From NCBI GenBank assembly GCA_013115145.1, contig JAAPAO010000027.1:60240-124239 (forward strand): 64,000 bases of DNA. The letters are read 5' to 3'. Source of the stretch: Perkinsus chesapeaki ATCC PRA-425 (Eukaryota > Protista > Perkinsozoa). Both the position numbers and the translations under genes were made by a program. Under the pieces are notes generated by a model. It ran no database searches. It had not been told where the DNA came from and worked only from the letters and a program-made list of their open reading frames with translations. The first letter of the stretch is position 1. The number at the start of each line of letters is the position of its first letter. Positions 23,766 to 34,600 of this stretch are shown one piece after another.

Positions 23766-23899
23766 GTACCAGCAGTTGCGCGCGTAGTACGCGTCGCGTA
23801 CATCTGTATGATTTGCCTATAATGCTTCGAGGTAAGGCCTGCTCTGGTCGACAACGGTCTACTCGAAGTTTGAATTTTGACCATTCCAGAAAACACCAC

Positions 23900-24118
23900 A
23901 TGAGAGTGGGCTACTTGATGATTTCCACTTTCATCGCTGCTATCACAATTTATCTCGGTTCCGGGGTGGAAGCCGAGTCGGGGTCGCTCGGGAGGAGTAG
24001 CTCTGGCTGGTGCTTGTTCTGTGCATAAGGAGGAACTGCACTTTTTGGCGCTGACTGCAACATCGCTCTGGTGGCCTGCGCTGTCGGTTATGATCTTTGC
24101 AAGGATTGTTGCTCCTGA
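23900..24118 (+). pseudogene. Copy B of the secreted Cys-rich peptide gene, with an internal TAA
   Basis: MRVGYLMISTFIAAITIYLGSGVEAESGSLGR-SSSGWCLFCA*GGTALFGADCNIALVACAVGYDLCKDCCS. The TAA at 24026-24028 aligns with CAA (Gln) in copy A. Confidence 0.7.
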
Positions 24119-25434
24119 CGAGGTTCAAGAACCACCTGCAGCACTTGTCGAGCTTGTTCCAGATGAATAGTACATCAAATTGGGTCGTGAAGTTCAAGTG
24201 GAGGTTCAGTGGTCTGTTTGTTCGCGAGTCATCAGCTTCCTCATTATCATGGTTATCCCACAATGATCCTTATACTGAGATGATGATGAGCATCTGCAAG
24301 TAGCAAGAGGTATAATGGGTCTTTATTTGCTGGCCATTCTTTAATTCAGCATACCGTACCCAGTGGGGAGTTTCAAGCTGTCTCTAGCTAATAAATGGCT
24401 TGGGTTTGTTAGTAAAGACACTTTGAATAGTATACAATGCATCTCTTGAGTTCCTCGACAGACTTCGGAACCTATGAGCATTCACAGAGTGTGGATGAAC
24501 GTAAGACGCAAGTACGGGCCTTATCGATAAGTACGACCCGATTACGCTAGCCCGGCTTGGCCTTTCCAACTTGTTCACCACTGTGGCGAAGTCTTTTACA
24601 GGAACACCAGTGTAAAAGATTCATCCGTTCACTGCTTTAACACAATAAGAGAGAGGTTTACACTCTGGTCCAGAGTGCTGCTCTTGAGGAAGCAGCCATT
24701 GCGGGACCCACTAGTAGCGCGCAGCGTAAGGACGACTGCTGTGACCAGAAGCCATAGACAGGGCCCCGGTAAACCAACCCAACCAGTTGACCACGGTGAT
24801 TAAGTTATCTCAGATAACTTATCTGCACCGCAAAGGTGATGAATACAACCATCAAGCCAGCGTGACAGCGATAAGCTGCTTCATCGATGCTAAGCAGCAT
24901 TGACCCCAGATCCTTCTGAATCTAACTACTAAAAGAGAAATTACTTTAAAGAGGATACCTTCGGATTGGCGATTTGATGGCCATCATTACTCCTTCTGTT
25001 TCTTGAACCCAATGGGTTCAAGCCATGGAATTCGACCTGAAAGTTTCAGGTCATTGCGGCGTATGCATTCGCCTTCGGTTGAACTGTCGAAATTGGAACG
25101 TAAGGCACCCATGCATTCCAGGAAAACGCTTTCCTGTCAAAGTCGATAATGGGAATCCGCCGTTTCGTCGATACGATGGCAAGGATGATAATGACGGTAT
25201 GACATGGCCCAAAGTGCCCGTTACCGACGAGCACTAAGCCGCCAGCATTTAGCCGAGCTGCGCACGACAGGTGAGGAGGGTATTGGTATCGAAACAAAGG
25301 AACAATTAACCGAATGGGAAGTTACAATTGATGTGCTGGCTGGCCATAACCTCTGCGGCAATTCATGTATCTCTTTTTGTGTGCAGCACCACTTGTAGTG
25401 ACCGTGCCTAGTCCCACTCCGGTGAACGCAGGAA

Positions 25435-25750
25435 TGCTTCCCCAGATGAGTCCGTTATTATCCGCAGCTAACTCTCATTTACATCATTGCCATCAAAGGG
25501 TTTACAAATGAAATAATAGATTACCAAATGGGCTCTTGATGAGAGCTCCGTGGGGCCTTTAGCTCCACCAGGCGACTACTATTCAAGACGTACCACACCA
25601 CATTTGTTATCGGGCAAACGCGGGTTCACTCTACGGCTATTCCCGATCGTGCGTTAAGGGGAGACCTCACTAACGCCGCGGAAGCGGTTGCCTCGAGGTA
25701 ATAAGAAGGATGAAAGACTTTTTAACTACAAAGACAGGACAGCATTGAGA
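25435..25750 (+). pseudogene. Degenerate repeated element, copy 3 of 3
   Basis: See copies 1 and 2. It lies about 120-430 bp past the stop codon of transporter copy 2, in the same relative position as copy 1 to transporter copy 1. Confidence 0.5.
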
Positions 25751-25867
25751 ATCCAGCCATGGATACCTATACAAACTGGATAATTGAATGGCACAGACCT
25801 CGTGGGTACCAATTGTACCGTACAATATGTGGTTATTGAATGGACTTAGTGCGATGGCAGCATTTCC

Positions 25868-27358
25868 CTACTTCGCCGGCACTTCAGACGGACGGCCACT
25901 CATACGTTTTGTATGCTGGAAATGTGCCTGTATTTCCTCGAATGTGCGTCCTTTAGTTTCTGGAACCAAGAAGATAGTGAAGACCACGAGCGTTAGGCAT
26001 ACTCCGGAGAACAACCAGAACACACCGTAGAACGATATAGCGTCTCTTATATCAATTATGAAGTAGGTAATGAGGAACGAGCAGAACCAGTTAACTGCAG
26101 TGGCCAGCGATGTGCACAAGCCTCTTAGTTCATCGGGGAAAAGCTCAGCCAACATTATCCATGGGATGCTACCGATGGCGAGAGCGAACGAGGCCATGTA
26201 ACAATAGGCAGACGTAATAGCCAACCATCCAAGCTCTTGATTACCGGACTCTTCCCTCAAGTAGAAGAAAAGACCTTCACAAAACGCGCTAAGAAACATT
26301 CCGGCTCCAGCAGAAATAAGGAGTATCTTCCTTCCAAAGCGGTCAACAGTACCGGCACTGACGATGGCGAAAACGACAAGAACGATCGTCACCGTCAATG
26401 ACAAGACATCGCGGTTGTCTACTTCGGCAGCCTGGAAGATTGATGTCTGATAGAAGATGACAGCGTTTATACCGGAGAACTGTTGGAAAACATGTAACAT
26501 AACGCCGATGAAGATCTGCATCTTTATCCCACCCAACGCTTTGATTGTCTCCTTGAATGAGCTCTTTCCTTTAGTCAGGTTCTTGGTATGGATGTCTTCA
26601 AGTGCCGTCATCTCCACTCTGATCTCCTCGTTATTCTCATCAGCCCCACGAAGTAACTTGAGAACAGCCTGGGCTTCTTGCGTGCGAGATTTCTCCGCGA
26701 GCCAACGAGGAGACTCCAGAGCAAAGAACATACAGATGCCCAATAAGCCAGAAGGTATCATGCAAATGAAGCTGAGCGAACGCCAGTTACAAAAAGTGCT
26801 TGGTGTAGCATTCGGATCCGTTGAGAGGGCTTGAGTGCGGAGAGCTACTCCAAGGAGATATACCAGAAGCGCTCCAGACGTAATCGCCACCTGATTGAAT
26901 CCGCCAAGAAGACCGCGATACTTAGTAGGAGAGACTTCACCAATGTAAGTTGGTACACTGACTGTACTTAGCCCTAATGCTGAACCATTGATGAAACGGG
27001 CAAGTATGAGCTGCCATGCAGTAGTCCCAAGACCAATCCATAGGAAGGCTGCGACATAGAGCGGCGAGGCGGCAAATAAGCTCCACTTTCGGCCAATTCT
27101 ATCGTTAACAGGCCCTCCTCCAAGAGAACCAATAATGGCGCCGACGTTCATTATAGATCCAAAAAGAGACGCATCGACCTCATTTGGGAACACAAACAAC
27201 GACGACCCATCGCCGATCTCTATGGGTGTTCCATCTGTTGCTGTTACCGTATTTCTCATAGTATCAATGGCAGGTCCGGAGAAAGCGAGGGTGACACCGT
27301 AAAGGAGAGCCCCGAAGAGTGATGCTGCGACACATAAAACGGCACGGGCATGGTTCAT
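25868..27358 (-). CDS. MFS sugar porter (GLUT/hexose transporter family), copy 2, intronless
   Basis: 496 aa with the same motifs as copy 1; near-identical over the N-terminal half. Confidence 0.95.
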   Translation of the reverse strand: MNHARAVLCVAASLFGALLYGVTLAFSGPAIDTMRNTVTATDGTPIEIGDGSSLFVFPNEVDASLFGSIMNVGAIIGSLGGGPVNDRIGRKWSLFAASPLYVAAFLWIGLGTTAWQLILARFINGSALGLSTVSVPTYIGEVSPTKYRGLLGGFNQVAITSGALLVYLLGVALRTQALSTDPNATPSTFCNWRSLSFICMIPSGLLGICMFFALESPRWLAEKSRTQEAQAVLKLLRGADENNEEIRVEMTALEDIHTKNLTKGKSSFKETIKALGGIKMQIFIGVMLHVFQQFSGINAVIFYQTSIFQAAEVDNRDVLSLTVTIVLVVFAIVSAGTVDRFGRKILLISAGAGMFLSAFCEGLFFYLREESGNQELGWLAITSAYCYMASFALAIGSIPWIMLAELFPDELRGLCTSLATAVNWFCSFLITYFIIDIRDAISFYGVFWLFSGVCLTLVVFTIFLVPETKGRTFEEIQAHFQHTKRMSGRPSEVPAK

Positions 27359-27701
27359 AATTTAGCCTGTTCCCTTGAACGGGAATTACCGAAGAGATCT
27401 TTATTATGATCCGCGGCGATTGTTACGCCTAGGAAGAGTGCGCATGCGTGTAGCACGCAGCGCTCTGGCGGATGAGCGTTTTCGAAATTGTAACAAACTA
27501 ACGATCGAGTTCCGTAGTCGTCGTGACATCTTGGCTTCAGTCGATTTCCCGGTCCTTCTAAATTACCAATGCCGGCTTTCTTCATGTGTAGGTTGACCCC
27601 TTAGCTAATTACATTGTGGATCTTCCTGGTAGGAAGTTTCTACAGCACACTATCTTTCAAAACCTCGGTTCACATTGTGACGATAATATTGTCACTGTAG
27701 G

Positions 27702-27809
27702 CTACAGTGACAATAACAGTATAGGTACTAAACTCTCGCTCTGAAGCTGCACATAGAATGGATAGTCTAACTAAGCCAATTTCGGCGTCGGACTAAAAAC
27801 TCACACACA
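27702..27809. repeat. 108-bp perfect inverted repeat, right copy (partner 18305-18412)
   Basis: Exact reverse complement of 18305-18412; its inner end is part of a 14-bp hairpin (27687-27715). Confidence 0.95.
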
Positions 27810-28705
27810 CGCAACGCGAGCGCTCCTGTTTGCGGAATCAGGCATAATTTGATCGTGTTTTGGCGGAGCCATCATGGTTTGAGTGGAGCCAGGTCCATTT
27901 CTGGAATAGATTCTCACTGTAATTCCTACAGCGCTTTTTACATCATAATCCGACGGCTTCCTCTACATAAGCCCCTCAGTGGTGGGGAAGACCGGTAAGC
28001 CATTTTTGTCACTATCTTGAATCAAGATTTTTGATTCATTGAGAAGTAGGAGGGTCGCGGAATGTGTCACTTGCATTAGCTTAACAGCATTTGTATAAAC
28101 CTTTTGATCGCTTAATCAATAATCCGCTGCCAGGATCCGCTTAATCAATAAACCCGAAGGCTTACGCAGAAAGGATAATGGAGCCTCTTCGCTGCGATAA
28201 TTCGCATGCGAAAGCTTCGTACACTTCTGGTGAGACTGAAGGAGAGCTATCGGTATATTCTATAATCGGCAACACCACCGACCTCCCGCAGGTCACACCA
28301 AAGTGATATTTGATTCCGAGCTAGCATGCTGCACGTATGCACAGGAATTGACTGGTGTACCTTTACGAGATGCCCTTCCTTCTCTTGCTGTTTTAGTCGA
28401 CGTTAGAGCTGGTATTGGGCACGCATTAGGTTTATCGTAGTGTTTCCGCGCTCCTTGAACTGTCAATGACAGTTGTGGCCTTTAGTTCGGCGAGAGCCGA
28501 GCCTTAGTAACTATACGTACTCGGAAGGTGACGCCTTCAATGTGTTACTGATATTATTGATCTATGAAGGGTCAATGTATGGCGGGTTGTGTACGAAGAT
28601 AATGCCCACCTTTTTGGAAGGAGGAAGCTGCCCAATAATACGTATACCCCGGCCGCCGGTCATTTGTAAGGGTCTAAAGGGAAGTATACCCAAACTTACT
28701 AATAA

Positions 28706-31148
28706 ATACGCAAAACTTAGCTTGTAGGTAGATATCAATCCAAAGGTGCGTCAACGTAGCCGCACCTAACGATATGATTAGAACGTTACAGATTACAAGT
28801 AATTCTAGTTTCTACGTTACTATAGCGTTGAGTCACCTACTAGCTTAGCTTGCGCTACGCTTTGATTATCTTACGGTCAGTTGTCTGGAATAGCACAAAA
28901 GGGACAGGTATTGTGTGACGCGGTCAGTCACGTACACAGTGGCACCACATTTCCCTCCCTACCAAGACAATGACGTAGGATATCAAAAGCGAACGGTCAG
29001 TACAGAATGAATAATTAAGAAAGAACGACTCACAAAATAAAATCATCATCATTAATTAGAATCTCCCTCCGTCACTTCCGTAATACTCATAACCTCATCC
29101 GGCTGCCTCCCAAGTCGAATCGCCGACGGGGCTCCATAGAATCTCGCCAAATCCTCCAGCAAACGGTCAGGGTCAATGTCACCGGTACGAATACTGTGAT
29201 GGAAATAAGCGGGCAACTGATTAGGGCGTCTCACGCGGTCAATCTCGGCTTGGGTAGACCAACCAAAATATTTAACCTCATGGGCAACCTTATCAAAAAG
29301 AGAGGACGGCAACCGTCGTTCACGCTGAGCTCGCAGACCGTGCAATCCGGTTTCCAATAGGGCTACTGCTACCAACTCATCAGCGGTCAGACCACTAGGC
29401 TTTCCATCCCAGCCTAAAGCAGAAGGATGGAAAGCCCGAAAACCCCTATAACAATAGATTGTACGGTCAAGGGAGATGAGTGGGCGGACATGAGCCAAGC
29501 GGTTAACCAAGTAAATCGCTTGCTCACAATGAGCTTGACAGCAGTCCCTTGACTCGTCCCTGGTTTGAACTCACTCCTAATCGTACCACCATAACGCCTG
29601 TGATATTCTTCACCGACACGGTTAGTAGTTGCACGAGCAACTATCCTACCAGATAAGATGTTGGTCTTTTCAGCGATTGCCATAACTGTTGGAAACAATG
29701 GGTCGCACGCAGCGGCTCAAGTAAGTATCCGGAGCAATAGCATAGCCGCATAAAGACAACATTCCTTTACCACGGATATAATCAAGACACATCGTCGCTT
29801 ATATCCCAGGAACTTCTCCGCTTTCGGAGCTCAGCTTGACGCCAATCATCATCAGAAGCAACGGTCGGTAGGGAGTCCACAATAACCGTGTCAATCCAGC
29901 TGTACTCCTCGTCATGAAAGGGGTCCAAGAACACAGACCACTGACAAGCACGAGGCGTGAAAGAAGTGCCAGGCAGCGAATCAACAGCGGCGAAATACAA
30001 GGCAGTCCCAGTCGATAGGGCTTGGGCTACATAATAACCACCACGGTCAGAAATCGGAGAGTACTTAGACAATTCTTCTGCCTCTAGAGCCTGCATCTCC
30101 AGCACTTCTTCTCCGGAAGGATGAACGTCGCCGAACAGATCTGCCCAGTCCTCCGCAACCAGTTGGTCGGTCAGAACTGCCGCGAAGCCTAAAGGCCTAG
30201 TCAATCCAGACTTAAGAACAGCAGGCGACCACCAGGGTTTCCCTTTTGGACTAATCCAATCGGGAGCCCTAAACTGAGGTTTGGGTGGGCGAGGTCGTTG
30301 AGCCACTTGCTGTGAAGGGGGCCCCTGCTGGGGACGTTCTTCCTCAGTCAGCAAAGCCGAACGTTCTTGAGATCTCTGAAGAGCAAGATAACGAGACACC
30401 AAACCAGTTTCTCCGAAGATCCCGTTCATGATCTCAGGACCCGGCATAACAATCTCTCGCCGCGGAGGTGGAGGTGGCGCAGAGGACAGCGGGCTTGGTG
30501 ACGCCGACAAAGGCGGCGCCACAGTCCGAGTAGACTCCACAGACGTCGAAAGAGAGGGGCGAAGAGCAGGAGGCGGAGTTGAGGAAGTTTCCGACGTGGC
30601 TACAGGTACCGCAGGTCTAGGAGGAGGAGGTCGTAGAGCGACGGCCAAAGGGGTAGAGCTCGACAGTACAGCGGTCGGGCGTGTAGGCAACGGAGGTAGG
30701 TCTTCTTGAGCAGGAGTCGAACTAATCTCAACCCGTTCCTCCGACACCGGAACCTTAGCCTTCGGGACGGGGCCTGTAGTCAAGGGGCACCTTGGGGACA
30801 GGCGGTACGGCCAGCACCGGATTAAACACACGCTTCCTTTCAGTAGCCAAACGTCTTAGAATATCTGACAGTGAGGGGACCCAAGGGCAAGTACATTCTA
30901 CCAGATACGCAAAACTTAGCTTGTAGGTAGATACCAACCCAAAGGTGCGTCAACGTAGCCGCACCAAACGATAGGATTAGAACGTCACAGATTACAAGTA
31001 ATTCTAGTTTCTACGTTACTATAGCATTGAGTCACCTACTAGCTTAGCTTGCGCTACGCTTTGAATATCTTATGGTCGGTTGTCTGGAATAGCACAAAAG
31101 GGACAGGTATTGTGTGACGCGGTCAGTCACGTACACACTGGCACTACA
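28706..31148 (-). mobile_element. Non-autonomous LTR retroelement (244-bp LTRs, about 1.95-kb internal region without pol)
   Basis: Direct repeats at 28706-28949 and 30905-31148 have about 11 mismatches and begin with TG on the minus strand. A PBS-like TGGTAGAATG... follows the 5' LTR (30885-30903) and a polypurine tract AGGGAGGGAAA precedes the 3' LTR (28950-28960). No TSD was found. Confidence 0.85.
29052..30900 (-). pseudogene. Frameshifted internal ORF(s) of the LTR element, Pro-rich and gag-like by position only
   Basis: Overlapping ORFs 30755-30937, 29782-30831 (349 aa, Pro-rich), 29414-29698 and 29052-29510 are all on the element strand. No RT, RNase H or integrase motifs were seen. 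Confidence 0.5.
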
Positions 31149-31256
31149 CATTGTGAGTCACAATTTGTGACTAAGCGCGGACAAGCCCGTCCGGGCGTGC
31201 GCGACTGCAATCAGCGGAGCGAAGCTGTGCCTGCATGCCTGTCGCTGCACCAAAGC

Positions 31257-31576
31257 AGTACTATGGACGGCCGTAGTAAACTTTGCACGGCTTTGAGGTA
31301 CTGTGGGCGGCTGTAGGCCCTACAGCTTAAGGTAATTTGGACGACCGTAGGGTATTGCGGACGGCTGTAGGGTACTGTGGACGGCTGTAGGGTACTGCGG
31401 ACGGGTGTAGGGTACTGTGGACGGCTGTAGGGTATTGCGGACGGATGTAGGGTACTGTGGACGGCTGTAGCGTATTGCGGACGGCTGTAGGGTACTGTGG
31501 ACGGCTGTAGGGTACTGTGGACGGCTGTAGGTATTGCGGACGGGTGTAGGGTACTGTGGACGACTGTAGGGTACTG
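31257..31576. repeat. 20-bp minisatellite, about 13-15 units, GGTAYTGYGGACGGCTGTAG
   Basis: Regular 20-nt period from 31331 to 31576 with CTGT and TTGC variants; degenerate units at 31257 and 31287. Confidence 0.95.
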
Positions 31577-31642
31577 AGTCCTTCCTTCTTGTTGTAGCTT
31601 TCTTTGTTCTCTCGCTACTACGCCCACTAGAAGGCTGCTAAT

Positions 31643-34600
31643 ATGGTCGTACTAGAAGTCGGCGCCCTACTAGGTGGGGTATGGGAACTGTTTAAATACA
31701 ATCGTACAAATTACCAGTTTGATTACGAGCTTAATCAGGATAGGGTTTATCACACCCAAAAGATGCGAGTGGAGCAGGTAAGCTGGGAACCTTTATAGTG
31801 CGTAGTTGATATCTTAGGTTGACCTATACCGAGAGGATGTTAGAGATCTTTTCGAGTTGACCATTGGTAAAATGGATACGTATATTGTAGTTAATACTCT
31901 TACATTGGGCTTCGTTGTTGGCTTCTTCTATGAAGGTCGTCTGTAAGTCCCTAGTACCCATGTCTCCTCCCTTTAACCGTATCCTCCTCAGGCCCGAAGG
32001 TGGCACCCCAGCCTGGCTTGTATGGCTCTGGGGTATGCATCTTATCTGTGCTATCTTCTTCCTATTACTATCTGTTTGGTTTGCCATCCATGCATCCATT
32101 GTCGCTCAGGTAAGCTCTAGGAAACGATTCTGGGCCTCGGAAGCTCGACAAACGCTTCTTCTCCTCATTAGATCTATTATATAAATGTGCCGATTACCTT
32201 TGTCGTATCTTAGACGTTCAAAGCCAGAGTTCTAACTCAATGGATGCGTCTGCCTATTCCCGGCGAGGATGAAATCAATCCGATTGCTGCCAGACTTCAG
32301 GACTACGAGACCAGCGGAGTGATGAGAATGTTTAGGATACCAGTTGTTGGCTAGTAACACCGGGGTGGTTGACTCTGATATCTATCAATCACGTCTGCAT
32401 TCACTCTATTAAAAGAGCTATATCAATTTATTATTTTTATGAAGGTATAATAATTGCACCACGCTGCATGTTTTTGAGTCTCTCTATAATGCTAGTAGTA
32501 CTACCAACACTGCTGAAATTACTGACCAACTTTAGATATTTGTAGGTTATCAATATATAGTAGTATGATACTAGTCGTGTCTGAAAGTGATGAATGAAAA
32601 ATAATGAATTCTTCTATTATAATAATGATTATATTATGTCTTATTAATATCCTGTATTTACTATAGATTAGAATATCATATTTCAATCATTACTTATAAT
32701 TAGTATATATTGTCATACATAATATCATTAATATATTAAATTATATAGATTATTGATGTATATAAAGCCCCTTATTTTTATATATTTATGGTACTATAGA
32801 TTATAATATAACATTTTATCAAGTCAGGCTGCTGTTCATTGATAATATTTCACAACTATATCAGTATGAGTAAGCTAGCTGTCTTTACTATCGCCATCAG
32901 TTATATCCCCGGCAAGAAGTATACTACGGGTGTTGAGGCCAAGGAAGCTTTCCCAGCCCAGCTGGAGACCGAGGATCCTGAGTAATAGGTTCGTCTGGAA
33001 AACGGCTTATTTGTTTGATAGTGCGGCGGAGTACAATCTCTTCGTGGAGCACTTCTACCTGTATAACAAGCTCCAGGAGCACTGGAATGGATTTGATGCC
33101 TATGCCAGAGTATGTATGGTGCTTGGTGCGAACCAGTTTCTACATGTTATAAGGTGATAAAGGACAAGGCAGATCGGGATAGCAAAATAGGACTCAAAAG
33201 AATCGGGCGGTCTTGCTAGGTTTTACGGTGGAATTCGTTATTACTGTGATTTCGTCGGCAGCAGCACGCGACTTGGTTTCCGGGCGATATATTATAGATC
33301 TATATATCTCTATTATCAATAATTCTACATTTTTCGAGCTAGCTCATCTGGGATGGCTTCGTTGAAAGTACGCTGCGTATTTTTGGGCTACTCCATGGCC
33401 CGTGTCTGGACGGTTTGTGTTGCCTCAGTTATATGGGTTTGGCTTACTATATGGTACAGTATCATTTCTGGGGGGCTTGGGTCTTCGTGGTGCTCCCTAT
33501 GGCATTCGCTTTGGCGCACGAGAAGATGAACCTATTGCTCAATCCGTGGGAGCAAGTTACCTTGGCGGCCCTACAGATCATAGGTGAGATCAAGTTGACC
33601 TGTTTGGTATCTTTCCTATTTGATACTAATCGTTTACTTTCCCATTCTGACGTCCTAGCTTGCTTTATTGACCTTCGTCTCTTATCTACGTACCATTAGA
33701 TCCTTTTTTGATTGGGCTAAGATGTATCCAATATATTAGAAGGTTGATGTTCAACTTGGTGCTTTGAACGATCGACAGTAGCTGTTATTTTTATAGTGGG
33801 TTGTGCATGCTACTTTAAATAGACTTGTTGGAAGGTGACAATTTTATCAATTAGTACTGATATGAAGTATTGATTTCCCTCATGAACAGCTAGTGTAATA
33901 ATATTAAATCTATTCATCGCAAAACCAGTTTTGGATTTCGGGTTTGCTGAACGACTGGACTGTGTCCGCGTCAGGTCCTTTCCTGGCGGGTCTCTGTGCG
34001 AGCTTTACTATAGGATATAATATGGGTCAGATCAGGGCTAATGAGGCTATTGTAGCCGGTGAACCGGTGGATACCAGCTATGAGACTTACCTTACCGCCG
34101 TCAACTACATCTCACCGGTGTCCTATATTATACATATGCTCTGTATTGGATACCTTATGTCTATGGGTAAGAAAGGAGGAATGGTGTGGGAGTGTTGGAG
34201 AGATGGGTACCCTGTAGGGCTTGATCTACCTTTAAAAGTCTCATTACGAAATCGTATCTCGATGCCCGGAGGACGGCCGACGGTCGGCCGTTACCCGAAC
34301 TCGTGGCTGATTCGATGGGCATGTTTCATCTTATAAAAGTATAGTTTTCCGTAGTGATAAATTTTGGAACTATGCTTCACTTATTTGTATTGTCTATTGT
34401 GGGTTGGTTGGGGGCATTCTGTCTTGGTGGAACTTTTCCTATTCATTTTGTTAAACTAATTTCCAGCGTCACAACTTACAGTAGCAGTTTTCATCTTCCT
34501 CTTGGTATTTTCCCGGTTGGCCGAACATCGATGAATATGTGGTATTGCCAGATCCCTTAGGAGAAATCATCTCATGAAATTCAGACGTCTCATTCCTACC

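Noticed and set aside
24026-24028. TAA read as Gln (ciliate-type code)
   Set aside because: TAA terminates conserved genes in this window (BiP, aldolases, transporter 1), so a nonsense mutation is the simpler explanation.
18305-27809. 108-bp inverted repeats as TIRs of a cargo-carrying DNA transposon
   Set aside because: No target-site duplication, no transposase, and a diverged third copy lies inside; kept only as an inverted duplication.
28560-28660. IIFVHNPPYID on the minus strand, resembling an N6-adenine methyltransferase motif
   Set aside because: The frame is short and stop-bounded, with no SAM-binding motif I nearby; probably chance.
31211-31627. 138-aa ORF with STLQPS/YSRPQY repeats, and a possible CRISPR-like array
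   Set aside because: It is a translation of the minisatellite; the units are contiguous with no unique spacers and there are no cas genes.
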